Positions 1-13,671 of a DNA stretch of 64,000 bases are shown piece by piece. Source of the stretch: Atractiella rhizophila. Lineage: Eukaryota. Numbering within the stretch: position 1 is the stretch's first letter; each line of letters starts with the position of its first letter. The notes below the pieces were generated by a model. It saw only the letters and a list, made by a program, of their open reading frames with translations. It was not told where the DNA came from and did no database searches. The position numbers and the translations under genes are program-made. Location of the stretch: contig MU271289.1 in NCBI GenBank assembly GCA_021432655.1, forward strand, positions 1-64,000, in the 5' to 3' direction.

Positions 1-1621
1 TACAATTTCTCGCCTCCATTGCTCCAATAATGCCAGAGGAGCAACAATCAGCGTTTGATTAGGTCCACCAGTAGGAGGGTTGAGGAGGATAGTAGCGAGG
101 GATTGTATAGTCTATGGTCACTTCAGCATTACATCGTCGCAAACAGGAGGAAGCAACACACCTTCCCCAACCCCATGGCATCACACATCATGCCTCCCGT
201 TCCATTCCTCCGCCAATCCTTCTCTTTCTGCAGCATAAAATCCACACCCACGATCTGGTGCGGCATGAGCTTGAGCGATGGCGTATGTTGGAGGACTGAA
301 GATCTATGCGCAAGACCCAATCTGACGCGGGCTTCTTCCACCGACGCGGAACCTTCAAAGTTATCCGTCTCTATCGCTTTCACCACCATCTTCTTGAGCT
401 CTCCATCCGTCGGCACCGGTCCAATTCCAACTCCAACTCCTCCGCCATAAACAGTGTTCCTATCTACATCCTCATCTCTGATTGTAAATCCATTCATTGA
501 TGCGGTGAAATGCGGTTGCAGCTGTTGGTGAAAGAGCTCGTTCAAGTCGAACGCACCAGGAATGTGAAAAGCGGTCCCGAAAGGATCATAATCTGGTTGC
601 TGGGGAATTGGAGGGATACGGACGCCCGAACCAGACGGAACAGCGTATGCGTTATTCCTATCAAACTCCTCCCTCGCCGGTGGTGCTTCCTCCTCAACCT
701 CCTCCGGTGGTAGAAGGGCAACGAGGTCGTTAGCGTGTGCCCCCAACTCCTGCACCAGCGCATTCCTCCGCTCTCGAATATCCAGCCATTCTTTCCTGAA
801 CCGATTGTACTGCGAATCGTTCGTGCTCACTCCTGAACGTCCCTGGGAGAAGATATCTACGAGCTCCCTCGCGTCTAGTTCCCGAGGAATGAGGTGTTCT
901 AATTCTATCCTCTTGTTCTCGATTTGGGATGGGCTGAGATGGGAAGTGGTTGGAGGATGGAGGCGAGGACGCTTGTTGGAGGATGAGCTAGGACCGATGG
1001 AAGAGTCGAAGTCTACTGGAGAGGGACGTTTATAACCAGTTAAACCGCTATCGGAAGAACTGGGTGAGGAGGTAAGGTCGATGTAGCAGGGGTAACCTAA
1101 GGGAAGGTGGGTAGGTTGTACTTGACAATGACAGTAAAATACGCACCTTGTCCGGCACTTGAAGTGTACTGCTCAGGTCTGAGCTGATCTTGTCTTGCCG
1201 GGAACAGCTGTTATCCCTCCACCACTCAACACTTGCCCATATGACTTATCGCAAAAGAGCTCACGCCATGCACCATCCCCAAATGAAGTTGAAAGGCTTC
1301 TAAGCTGCCCACTCCATCACTGACACCACCGTCCGGTACGTCTCTTCTCCTCAATGCGCTGAAAGACGTAAAACAATCCAAGCACACAATCTCTCCAAGT
1401 TGATATTCTCCCGATCCAAATTCAAACAGAAAGTTGGACGCGTTTGGATACAAGGCCAGATGGTCCCTAGGAATACTGTCGATGAACGTGAGGTTCCAAC
1501 CAAGGAGAACGTACCGTAGAATGGCGAGGTAAGGCGCGGGCAGAGGGGTGGTAAAGTCACTTTCGTCTTTGGAAAGTGTGCGTAACGCAACACTTCGTAG
1601 GTAGTGATCTGGTATGCTCAT
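1..1621 (-). CDS. SNF2-family (Rad5/Rad16/Uls1-like) helicase, 5' part; continues beyond window start
   Basis: Q-motif and motif I read LMPHQIVGVDFM...GGMMCDAMGLGK|TIQSLATIL across an intron at ~113-161. Upstream exons join via GT-AG introns (~1097-1146, ~1208-1264) to the ATG at 1621. Confidence 0.8.
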
Positions 1622-2254
1622 GTTGGCCGTAAATGTGGGAAGCGTGGACTACTGGAACTCCTTAAATAAATAACTGGAGGCAAAAGGGCAAAAGACTTGG
1701 ACAGCGTCACGTGGTCGTGTTCAAGATTCGCGTCTGTCGCGCATCGCGTTCATCGCGTTCACCTTTCACCTTTCTACTCTGCTCTGCTCTCAGGCCGAGG
1801 GCTATGTCATTATCCACAATTATGCATGCCAGATTATGCTGAACTTGAACTCACTGCTGAACGTTGCACTTGAGCCTGAGATGAACGTCTGCATGAGAGA
1901 TTTACATCATGAACAACGACTGATCTTGTCAGTACGCGTCTGCTCGTTTTGTTTACTCGCTTTACTTCTGTTTGGTGGCTGATTTAAATTTGACGGGGTA
2001 ACGGTTGGACGGTTGAACCCCTCATCGTACTGGCAGGACAAAGTCACCACAAATCTGGGGGTGTGGATGGAATGTTTGGAAATGGTCGACGCTTGTGCCC
2101 ACCGAATTAACGACGTGGAACAGCGTTCATTCGAGAGCGGAAGTATGAAGAGGGTGGTCGGCGAAGAAATGAGCCACAGTAGAGTGCGAAGTGGAACGTA
2201 GTGTACATCATGGAAATCAGCATTACAATCCAGAAAGGAAGAGTTACTCCAACC

Positions 2255-2949
2255 TCAGTTGTTACTCGGCCCTTCCTCTTCCTTCCTTATTCGTTCTCTA
2301 GCGACCATTAAGGCCTTTCCCAGGAGATTACTCCCCCATCCTTCCCTCTTCCCCTCCTTCCAGTCCTTCAACCCTTTCTTCTCTCCATACCCGATTCCCC
2401 AAATCCTATCCCTCGGACTCGCCTTCAATGACCCCTAATCAGCTCATTTCGCCTGATCGAAAGAAAGAGAAGCACCTCGATAAGCTCCCGATCACCAGTT
2501 GCCAACAGCTTCTCCTTCATAGCTGCCGTCGATGTATACTTCCAATAGTTCCCCTCAGCCACGATCCCACTTCTCTCTTCCGCCCATTTCGCCTCTACGA
2601 AATTCGACACCAGTCTTCCTAACCTTCTCTGTTCCGCTGGGTCGCTCGTTTTCAATATCTGCTCGGCCATGTCCATATCTTCGAAAAGGACGGCTTTGGA
2701 GTACATCATGTACCTATGGGTTATCAATTTTCAATTTGTTTTCTCATCAGCGTAGCGTTCAGAAGGGGTGAGAGAAGGAAGGACGAACTGTTCTGCCGTC
2801 CCGAAGTCCTTCTTCTCGACCTCATTTGTCGCGGTATCCGACGAAGTAGAAGGAAATGAAGGAATGGGAGCTGCGAAGGTGTGTTCGAACCATTGCGAGA
2901 AGTGACCGTGAGGTACTTCATGAGGTCTCCAGAAAAATACGGGCTCCAT
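2255..2949 (-). CDS. NADAR (YbiA/DUF1768) family protein
   Basis: Three exons: FFW..HGHFSQW, TAEQ|YMMYSKAVLFED, QRRLGRLVSNF, LLATGDRELIE|ASPRDRIWGIG..WGSNLLGKALM; stop TGA at 2255-2257. Confidence 0.9.
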
Positions 2950-3325
2950 CGTGTTCTCTTCTACTAAAATGGTGAATAAGAAAAGAGGCTACTTGATGAT
3001 ATGATTTTATATACTGAGCGGGGTCAAGTCATCTCGATGCACCGCCTCGAGTCCCAATGAAGGCTGAAGATTCGATGCTGGGAACAGTTGGAACGTGGGT
3101 TCAAAAGGGCGTTGGTCTAGCCGTGAGCGAGTCATGTCCACTATTATTATCTCTCCCGCTCCACCGTCACCTCAATAAAGATGACGGGATCTAAGCTTGA
3201 ATCCCCGCCTCAGCGACATACAATCATTTCTCAAAGTCTAGATGTCCACGTTCAGCTTTGTCAATGAGTGAGGGTTACATTAAGCTATATGAGTACACGA
3301 TCCGCTGATCGGCCTGAGCTGAAAT

Positions 3326-5231
3326 TCACATCTCCTCCTCCCCTTCTTCAACTCCTTCCTCTCTCTCTTTCTTCACAAACAGCTCCTCCCTCCCCACCTC
3401 CGCTTTCACCTCCTCCCAAACTCTCTCCACCTCCCTCACTGCCCACTCGCCCGTTCCTGAGACGCCGACTAGTTCCTTCGGATCAGGATACGATCTCACT
3501 GGTGTTATCTTGGTTGTCAATGTGTCATGGTGGTGGCGAGAAGACTTGAGAGGAGAAGGTGGAAGGATGCTGTAGAAGGTTGAGAAGAGAGGAGTGAGAT
3601 CGGACGGTAAAAGGCGCGTGAGGAATGGAGAGAGAATGGATTGTGCGTTTTGATCCGTGTGAGTTGGACGGTAGGGATGTTCAAGGTATATTACGTCTGT
3701 CAATATCTGGTCAACAAACTTCGTAGAGCAAGAGAGTAATAACACCTACATTCTCCCGCAGGTGTGGCATAATTGCTTTGTCCCTCTACGAGCGCTGTGC
3801 ATGCGAACCCGTTCTCCTCTTCAGGAGCAAAAACAAACATTCTCGAATCTTCATCTTTCTCACTTGCAGTCCAAAAAGGACGATCAATAATGACAATCCC
3901 TCTCGCCATTCTCACCTCCTCCTCTTTCCGTTTCTCCCCCTCCTCTTTAGCAAGCGAGGACTGCAAAAGTTCTTCGTCCCCAACGATCCTCCCCACCGTC
4001 ACTTTCACTTTCTCCCTTTCCGCCTCCGCGCCGACCATTCCTGGCAATTCCACCTCTACTTCTACCTTCCCCTCTCCGTCCTCACCACTAATCGTCCACC
4101 GCGCTTCCAAAACTTGTACTGCTCCTTGAACAGCTGCGGAGCGAGAGAAACCCTCGACTAGTTCTCCCATCCCACCATAGTTTCCGACAAGGAAGGGAGA
4201 GGGAATGGAACCGTATACTCCTATTGAGGTCAGATTGTGGTGTAGCTTGAGAAGGGAAGGGAGAAGGGGCTCTGTTGTGTTTGCCTTAGAATATTGAAAG
4301 AAATGGGAAGAGGAAACACACCTGAGGAGGAAAAGTTGAGGGTTGCTGCGTAGGCGAGGGATTGGGAGAGGGAGGGAGAGAGGGAGAAGGCGGTTTGGAG
4401 GAAGGAGAGGAAAGTTGTGGTTTCATGCCCTGAATACAGATGGAGGTAAATTAACAGGTGACCTTTGCAAACTTGGAAGCTAAGCTTGAAGTGAAGGACG
4501 ACGAGGATACTATTGCATATCAATATGAACTGGACATACAACTTGTTCGCACACACATAGACTGTGGCAACATGGCAAATATTGGAGGTCGTTGCTCCCC
4601 AAATCCCTACATACAAAGGCGACGGCTCACCTAACACCTTCTCATCACTCCCTAATCTCTGTCTAGCCTCTTCCATCGTCTCTCTTTTCCTCCCTCGCCC
4701 ACTCACATGTCCCATTATATCCATTCCCAGCAACCACGCCAAAAACTTTCCCACTCTTCTCCTATCCGCATTACTCAAGCTCTGATCCTCAAACACCTCT
4801 TCCTTCGCCATCGGGACTTTCGTCCACCTTCCTTCCTCTCCTTCGGCCCGCGTAGAAGAAGAAAACCAAACGCCTCCAGAGAGTTGAAGGAAGGAGGAGT
4901 ACTTAGACACTCCGGACGAGATGAGTAATTGGATGATGGGAGAAAGCGAAGGTATGATGCTTGGACTGAGAGACAACGCATATCGTTTCTTCAACATCCT
5001 TCCCTTCAGCCCACCATCGTGCGCTATCGTGACCCCTTCTACGCGTCTAGGCGGATCCTTGGTCCACTGAATGAGCTCGGGAAGCGAGAGAGAAGCCCAT
5101 TGCGAGCCGTAGAAAGACTGAGGGGATAGGTGGAGCACAGAGGCAGAAGAAGAGAGGGACGCAGAGAGGATGGATGTGGGCAAGGACGAACCAAGCAGAA
5201 GGTAATCGTAAGAAGTACTGGGCAGCGACAT
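3326..5231 (-). CDS. Rab escort protein / GDI-family (REP, Mrs6-like)
   Basis: YDYLLLGSSL..SILSASLS..VLHL..FYGSQWASL; VPMAKEEVF; PFLVGNYGGMGELVEGFSRSAAVQG; acidic C-terminus; at least 3 introns. Confidence 0.8.
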
Positions 5232-6467
5232 CGAGGATTGCTGATCATGTTTAGGGTGTCACGTGATGCTGGTGTCAAGAACGGAAATTATCATCTTCAG
5301 AAAGAAAGACGGGTTTACACTCTGGAGGAAGACGGATTATATGTCGATGGTGAAGAGATATTCCATGAAACTTTTGGAGTGACTGCTCGTGAGCGATCAA
5401 TTTACTGGCTCGATTCAAAGGGTCCTTGCCCCAAGTCTTCGTTGAGCTCTGTGTCGTTTCCGAACATCCACGCTGGAGATACCTCTTAGTCTTTAGCCCA
5501 ATTGTTGGTGTTACTTCTGATGTATGGTGTATGTCCCTTGTTTACTAAAGAAATAAAGGAATAACTTGGAAAATAACTTTGAAACGTCGAAAGTCAATGT
5601 TTTCGCCACTCCGGCCCTTCAAGGAACTGGAGACGTGAGTACGGTCAGCGCTCAAGTTTTAAATCACTCCCTGTTACCGCCGGATTAAAGCTCTTTCTAT
5701 CGCAGTACAAGCCGAAGCCAAAAAGTTCAAAGTGAAGCAACCTTAAGGCCAGAAGGCCGGGCCCCCGAGTTGTTGAATAGGAGGACAACGTTGAGCAAAT
5801 CATTATGAACGAGCACACTTTCAAAATATTTGATCGGGTTCTTAGTTCGTGCAGAGCAACTGGAACTGTATTAATCAATTTAATTGACTTTCCTAGGCCA
5901 TCCTCAACACTTCTGAAAGGGTGTGTTTTCGTCGGATGCACAGCTCTGTACATCTTACTCTATACGACATAAAGCACGTAGAAAGGTATGTTGAAGAATC
6001 CAGAGTCCACACCCATTTGATGATTGTATCGTCAGCACGGCGTTCGCCCGCGATGCTCCGTCTTTCCATTATCGATCAGAAGTCTGACGCGCGAACATAA
6101 TCAATCAGTGATACCAAAGATATACTGACCCCCATTCGACGAGAGACCAAAGCTCTCTAGTCAGTGCATCATCGGCCAACGTGCGTCGGGGAAAAAGAAA
6201 GTAATGGGTCCCCGAAGCCTTCGCAGACCGACCGCAAAAGTTGTCTCTCTCATAGCTCGCCGCCATTGATTTGGTCTGTACGGCTGTTCCTGGGACATCA
6301 AATTCGGAAACGTAAAACCCGCTGACCCAAGACATATCCGAGTTCGGATTGGCAGAAACTCATGAGAGTGGTGGAGCCTTGCATCGGGTGTTTGGTATAA
6401 AAAGACGCTTTTTCTCTTTACACACTAACAGCAGCAGAAAGTACTTCAGATTCTCTCCAAAGCATTA

Positions 6468-7000
6468 TGGCTCCCAAACAAGTTGCACTCGTCGGCGCCG
6501 GGTCTCTCGGTGAGTCTTCCCTCCATTTTAGATACCGACTGATATTTTTCAGGATCCATGATCCTTAGGGAACTGCTCAAGGTTCCAGACCTGTATACAC
6601 CAATTATTCTCACTCGCAAGCCGTCCAGCCGTACAGATGTACCTGCCTCGCAAATTCGAGTGATTGACTACACGTCATCTTCCTCTCTCAAGAACAGCCC
6701 TGCAAGGACTTTGACCAGTGATCAACAAAGCGAATCCGTAAACAGATGGAAGAAACAAAACTCCAGCACAAATCAACCTGATTCATTAACAAACTGTAGC
6801 GAGACTGGAGTGAAGCAGTATGACGGACACCACTGAGATCACGGGCAGCACGCAGAACAATAGGATCATGCCATTTTACGGCGTTGCAAGTAATAAGAAA
6901 ATGTGATCTCGTCGGATGAACTGAACAAGACCGTCTATGGCTAATGGACTGACGTTCACAGCCGGTCTCTATATGAATCTCTATGTTGGCCTTTGAAAGC
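6468..7000 (+). pseudogene. NmrA/isoflavone-reductase-like oxidoreductase remnant
   Basis: TATAAAA near 6396; MAPKQVALVGAGSL|GSMILRELLK..IILTRK..IRVIDY (Rossmann start) with a clean intron. Downstream only broken traces (ETGVKQY, AGLYMN) with stops. 3' end uncertain. Confidence 0.55.
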
Positions 7001-7986
7001 AAGAAGGAGAGGCTCATGTGAACAGGCATCTGATGGCGTGAGATGCTGTTGTCCCTTCAACCATGCTATAACCTTTGGTTCAAGACTAATCATCCCAGCA
7101 GTGAAACAATGCGCCATGTAACAAGTCAAAATCGGAGACGGAACTGCCTACCATTCCATGGAGCAGTCTCTGGTCATGCAACCCGACAACTACACCTTAG
7201 AAAAGGATCAATGACAAGAAGGCTGCCCAGAACAGAAGGAGTGTCTCTTGCTCTCGAAAAAAGGGAACCGGATGACTTGGATTGTGATCCCTTGGAACAA
7301 AATTGCCACATAGAATCAGGTCGTAAAGATAGAAGAGGTAGATTACTGGCCCGCCTGACTATACGTTGTGACTCTCGGAAACTAGCGCTGGAGTAATTTC
7401 GATAAAGCAAGGATCGCAAATCCAAAGTCACATATGAGCCAGTGCAAGAGCATCAGAAGGAAGGTTAGACACAAGATTCCCAAAATTCAGGGCTGATCTT
7501 CCATACAACTGTTGGTATGGTGCTCTAGTTCATGGCATTGACGTAACATGGTCGATTCGAAAAGAACAGCACGAGACAAAACAATTACGAAAAACAATAG
7601 AGCACCTCAAAAAAATTTCAAAATTAAACGGCTCAAAATTAAGCTCCCAAAATTGCCGTGACAACGAACCAAGCTGGCCGCCTGACTGGCGGAACAATGG
7701 CAGAACAACAAAGTCGCTGTGGCAGAACGTAGGCAATACCTTTGGCAATACCATAATGGCAGAATGGAAAGAGTAGTACCCCGCACGCTATCGGAAAACC
7801 TCAACATCAAGACCACGCTTATCCCTATCTTGACTCAGCAAGCTTTTCACCTGAACAACAGCGTCATGAGTCAAGTGTAACAACCCTTGCTATCGTGACA
7901 GTTGCGCTCACTGAACGCATCTTGAATACATATCTAATCCTACAACCTAAGCACAGCACGCTAAAGTCCGTAAAACCTGCTCTTCC

Positions 7987-9568
7987 TCACAGTTCTACCT
8001 TAACGCTGTCAAGCTCAACCACTTTCCCCTCTTTCTTAGCCTCCTCAGTCTCGCTCACAATAAACGCTTCTTTTTCCTCTGCGTTCCTCGTATTCGCTTG
8101 CTTCACCAAGCTTATAGCCCACGTTTGAGCCAAGAGCACCATTCCTGACCCGGGATTATCAGCCCTTTCCAGTTCTACGTCGTTTGGATGAGACGGGAGA
8201 AACTAGCATACCAAAGTTGATCCACACCCAAACGATTGCGAAAGGCAAAGCAAGGTGGATCGTTTTATCGGCAAAGAACTCAGCGTAATGTTTATAGTCC
8301 TCCCACCCGAGAGGCACCTCGCTGTCGTTCATAGCAAGTAGAACTAGCGGACTTTGGAGCTCGGGAAGACGAACGAACTGAAGGTAGTAGTATTGATAAG
8401 AGATATTGAGGGTGGAATGGATGAATTGGCCCCAGAAGAGGCCGAGTAGGATTTTGGCCTGAAATGCAGTGACCTGGGAACGAAAAGAAAGTAGAAGGCT
8501 GCCACGAGGGGAGTGAACAAAGGGATGGTCGAAAGGAGGGAAGACTAACCCGATGAGGTTCACGATGACGAACAAAACATTCGGGGCGACGAGGGAGCGC
8601 ACGACACCTAATTCCTGAGGAAGCATGCCTGTCCACGAGAGAAATCAAACGCTTTATTAATGCCTCCAAAAAAATACAGACCGAAATCGATTAAAACGAC
8701 ATGGGTTAGAATTGAGAATAGCACGGCCGATACAAAAAACACGAGGCGGATAGAGTACGTCGCCAGATAAGTGCCCTCGCTCGCTGCCCAAGTGATCTTC
8801 TGTTCTGCCTCTAGACGCTCCTCTTTTCTGAGTGTACGGCACCATGCGCAGACGAGAAAAGTAGCGCCTTCCCGTGAATCGGTGTTAGTGGCCGAGTAAT
8901 GGTCTTCAGAAAGGATAGAGGACGCACAAATTTCTAAAGCCACCTGTCCCACCAATACGTAGGAGAAAACGCTCTTCAAAAGCCACCACTCCCACAAGCA
9001 ATAGTTTTCGAGCGTCTTATATTCTTTAGGGACATCGTCGTTGTTCTCTGCATGCCATGGGCACCGATCGATTATAGGTTCGAGGTTCGAGACAGAAGAC
9101 AGGTAGTCGTATGCCAGAAAGGAGCTGAAGAGTGAGACGACCAGATGCGTGAGATAGAGGATTGGTGCCACCCTCGTGTGGGGCATGTATCGAGCAATGA
9201 GCTTCAAGGAGAGTATTAAACTGTTGTTTACCGAGTTAGTACGCCGGACTGCAGAGGTTTCAAGCTCTTTCACTTTTGAAGAGCATTTTGCTGCAGGATT
9301 CATGAACAAGGACACACCTTATGATGCCAGCGAAGCAACGAATCGAATTTCCGATACGGTGTGCCTTCATCATTCCGGCGTACTGCTCCATGAACGGCTT
9401 AGTACTGGTGATTCCAACCAATTGATCATCAGCATAGACTCCGGCCATCTTGTACCCAATGTAGGCGCTCAGAGCGTAGATCGACTGAAGCATGGTCAAC
9501 ACCGTGACGGCAGGGATTTTGATGGTTGCTGAAAAGAGTGGAGGTCGCGGGGAGGCAGATGAGTCCAT
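7987..9568 (-). CDS. Hypothetical multi-pass membrane protein
   Basis: Consecutive hydrophobic ORFs (9260-9721, 8608-9315, 8159-8626) linked by short introns; charged tail ending DSVKVEL*. No family recognised. Confidence 0.6.
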
Positions 9569-9890
9569 TTTGAAGAGAATAGAGCTGGGAGAGTCAGAAT
9601 AAACGAGCAATGAGATGAGAGGGCAGTCCAAGGCGTTTCGAAACCTGACCTGACTACTAACTAGATTTCTCCCGCGGTCCTGCCTCCGTAATCGGTTCGC
9701 TTCCTTCAGCTTCCGAATCATTTGACTTTACGTACAGTTTGTTGTAAGTTGTGAATAAACAGAACTAAAAAAGCACTGTAAGCTTGCTCTAAGCATCTTT
9801 CTCTGTGTACTACCACTGCACTACTTAGAGAAATAACGAATTATCTCATTCACGCCTTCAGGCTCTCTTTACTTTACAAAGATTCAGTCC

Positions 9891-10811
9891 TCAATCAGTT
9901 TTCTTCCCCCCTTTAGCAGCGGCTGGACCGGTTCCAGCCAAACTGTCATAATCCTTCTGCAACTCCCTCAATTGTCCCTTCAACTTCTCCACCTCCTCAC
10001 TGTCCTTCCCCCCGGTGCCCACTTGTCTCTGAAGGCGTGCTAGGTCCTCTTGGGTTTTGATGAGGTCGAGAATGAGAGAGTAGGTGCGGGACAAGATGCT
10101 GTGTGTTGACCAAGACGTTCAGAAAGTGATCTAAAGGGTTGAAGGATTGGGAAGAACGTACAGAGAGAGGAAGAGCGTGAACCCATTGAGATACATGTTC
10201 CTTTCCCTACAACCATCGTTCGTCAGCCGTGACACCAACTGGAGAACGGGGCAAAGAAAGGGAAACGCGTACGACAAAAAAACTTCTTGCTTCGCCACTC
10301 GTTCTCTGCTCCCAAATCCAACTTGATCCCCTCCGTTCTGTTCCTCGTCCCTTGCGCGTGAATCTTCATCATTTGTTGAAGAGCGTCAACGAAAAGGACG
10401 CCGACAAATCTGTACGCATCAGCCCGGTCAGTCCTGGAAGCTGCGGAGGTGTGGGGGACGGACATGAAGAGTATTTTGAGGCCGTATTGCAGTTTTGCTA
10501 TCATTTGTCCCATGCCTTAGATTAGTAGACAAACAAGTGGGAGGGGGAAGGGAAAGGCGGAACATAACGTACGGTTGGGGATTCAGAGACGAATTTGAAC
10601 ATCGCTCTCCTCCAAGTAAACGGGATGGGAAGCTACGGACGACGGCAGTGAATGGAGAGCCGGGGCAGAAAAGGGTATACTGACGATAAGAGCCACGAAG
10701 AGTGACATTTCGAAGACGAGAAGACAGAATACTATCCAGTTGTACAGCTATTTCCGTCACATCGTATCAATGAAAGGCTTGTTGCCAAGCAGAAAAAGAA
10801 CGTACTGCCAT
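9891..10811 (-). CDS. BAP31/BAP29 (Yet-like) ER membrane protein
   Basis: KLQYGLKILF..FVGVLFVDALQQM..WRSKKF..NMYLNGFTLFLS..LSRTYSLILDLIK, coiled coil, C-terminal KKTD di-lysine ER retrieval signal. Confidence 0.88.
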
Positions 10812-11146
10812 GGTTAATAGTTGTTTTGAGGCAAATTTTGTGGCTAAAAAGTGCGTTTGTGAAGGGAGAAGAAGGGCAGTCGTCGCTTTAAAGGGAGGAG
10901 GAGACGTGGAATCGTTGACGTCACACTTTCAGCGGTCACAAGTCGGTAATTTCCTTCTCTGGAGTCATTACCTGCGTCCACGCACGACCCCTCGCGCATT
11001 TCAAACGCAAACGTCGATGCCTTGCAGTCGCACCAAATCAACTCAAGGCTTGAAATACAATGGCAAAGTCAGAGGGCAATTATGTATACAATCTGAAATT
11101 CAACCTAGGGATGCACAGCGCTTTGTCAGGTCTTTGTGACTGAAGT

Positions 11147-12990
11147 TTAGCACTGGCTGGGACCTTGGGCGATCTGGCTTGCATCGCTAGGGAGAATTCC
11201 TGCGTCGACAGCTTTGGTATCTATTCGTAGTCATCAGCAAAAAGTGACAGAGGAACGAGAAAGGAACGTCGTACAGCTCCAGGCGAAATCAGTTTCCGTC
11301 TTCCAAGTCCACCACGTCCATCCCCAGCTCTTCTCGAAAGTGCTAACCTCAGACGCAGCATACTGTTGATAGAATTCCAGACCCCCATCGGAATCAAGGG
11401 AGAAGTCGCCGTTCCTTAAAACCATATTCAGTTCAATGATATTGGGGAGGAGATCTGAAGACCTTACTCGTTGATCAATGCCAATGAGAACTCTCCAGCC
11501 ATTACGGGCTGCTCTGCGTTCACATAGGAGTTGGCGTCACATGCTCCCGCCAGCACTTCTGAACGAGTATCGTAAGCATCACCGCTGTACGCGAAATACC
11601 GCTGTGTGAATGGATCAGTCATCGTATCTGATAAATGGGAGGAGAGACGAACATGATCGTCAAAGATTACGTGGGTGTACCCGCTAGGGAGATTCTGCGA
11701 GGGATTTCCGCTTCCCCACGACCTTCATGTTAAAGGATCAACGTTCTGTAATTTAAAGGCAACAGGGAGAATGTTGACGAACGCGGCCATGAATACCTTG
11801 AAACTTCATCAACCTTGTCGCACCTGAAATTCAGCGAACAGGACTCACTATGTTCAAGCAATCCGTGTATGACGTCCTCTTCCTCAGTCCAACATCATTC
11901 GATCCGCGTGGTACCCAATCCCTTTTCCTGCTTGCCGTTTCCGTATTCGTAGCACCGCATGAAACACCAAGCTGAGCCTCAGTATCTCTGACCGCTATAC
12001 CGACAGGTTATCAGAGGTGAACCGTCGAAAGGAGAAGCCGTACTCTGGTAAAAAGTAGGATAATAGCTGTCAATAAGTCCGTTCTGAGCGCCAGAGCGCG
12101 TAGGTTCGTTCACGGCTTCGATGGCAAAAACCGCTGCAAAGTCTGGGTCATTCGACTTCGACTGGGTCATGTTCCATGCCCAGAGCTTCGCGCGACCGAA
12201 TGAATCTTGGTTGTAGAAGCCAGGAGTGTCGACTGTATGACCGGTGAAGGCTCTACGAAATATATCAGCAAAAGGAAGACGCTCGGAAGAAGCGTACTGG
12301 TTCTCGGTTTGCACTTGAGGTGCGGCATGGAGGTCGATCTCAGCGTACATCCCAGCATCTGAGATCCAGCTGAGGAGACGCTTCAGGTACGTGAATCCTC
12401 CAGTCGCATAATGATCGTCAGAAGTCTTGGTATCTTCAACGATCCAGTGGCCTACTGGGATGCGGACCGTGTTCCTAGTGCAATGTGTAGTGTTAACATA
12501 AAAGTGGAAAGCAGGAGGAAGGGGTGCTTACAAGCCGTAGGAGGCCATCTGGTTGATATCGTCTTGAGTGATCCAATTCGCCCAATGGGACTCGAAACCA
12601 GCCTGGGCTGACGGGTTATTCTGCATGCAAGTGTACTCGTCCGGATAGTCCCCTGCTTCATTGTTCACACGCTGCCTAAGATTTGGATGCTAGTCCTACT
12701 TACCACAACCGATAGCGCTCCATTCACCGCCCATCATCCATGGCCTGTACACCGAATCGTTAAAGGCGTGTACGATGCATTTGGGTGTGCAACAAATACT
12801 TACTCGACGATGAATAATCCACCCAGGTTTACACCTGCAGACCGCGAAAGCATGAGCGAGAGACCTTGCACCTTTGTTTTATAGGACACTCACCGCGAAT
12901 GATGCCTTGAGGTATGTTGGCCGAACCTCCAAGGGCTTTGCTAGCGAGTATGGCTCCGAGGAGCAAAGAAGGAGGAGTTCTGTTGATCAT
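11147..12990 (-). CDS. Secreted GH5 glycoside hydrolase (exo-beta-glucanase-like)
   Basis: Signal peptide; GVNLGGLFIVE, IDLHAAP, AIEAVNEP (acid/base), AGEFS (nucleophile), GWTWWTWK; many short introns. Confidence 0.88.
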
Positions 12991-13129
12991 TGGAGGAAGC
13001 AAGTATAGATTGACGAAAAAGGCGCGTTAAAGATTGGGAAATTTAAAGATTGATACTGGTGAATGAGTGGAATCAAAAGATGTTCACGACCTGGAGAAAA
13101 GAGTGCTCTTTATATCTCCCGCCATCCTT

Positions 13130-13671
13130 AGACAGATTCGGTGGGAGCTATGTACCAGAACGCGGAGACCTTGAGGTCCAGTTTGGGGTTAATAGATAGT
13201 GACGTCCTTGCAAGCAGAACAGCGCGCACAACAGGCACTCAGGTGAAGCTGAGCTTGATGAAAAGACGCGACATGTGCACGATTGCAGATCCTCCCCCGC
13301 CTGCCCCAGCCCATCATCCCCTCCCGCATCTGTTGTCAGGCAGCGATTCGGAGAAAGCAGATGGGGCTAAATTTGAATATTCCTTGCGTCCTTGAACAAG
13401 ACAGATTCGGTGGGAGCTATGTACCAGAACGCGGAGACCTTGAGGTCCAGTTTGGGGTTAATAGATAGTGACGTCCTTGCAAGCAGAACAGCGCGCACAA
13501 CAGGCACTCAGGTGAAGCTGAGCTTGACGAAAAGACGCGACATGTGCACGATTGCAGATCCTCCCCAGCCTGCCCCAGCCCATCATCCCCTCCCGCATCT
13601 GTTGTCAGGCAGCGATTCGGAGAAAGCAGATGGGGCTAAATTTGAATATTCCTTGCGTCCTTGAACAAGAC
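13130..13671. repeat. Tandem direct repeat, 2 x 269 bp
   Basis: Units start at 13130 and 13399; only two substitutions seen; AGAC shared at the junctions. Confidence 0.97.

Noticed and set aside
1725..1945. CGCG/ACGCGT MCB-like motifs upstream of the SNF2 gene
   Set aside because: Short and common; cannot be supported without conservation or expression data.
5130..5489. 119-aa ORF divergent from the REP gene
   Set aside because: GTG start, overlaps the REP start, no recognisable domain or splice support.
13141..13664. Two near-identical 84-90 aa ORFs
   Set aside because: By-product of the 269-bp repeat; no recognisable protein features.
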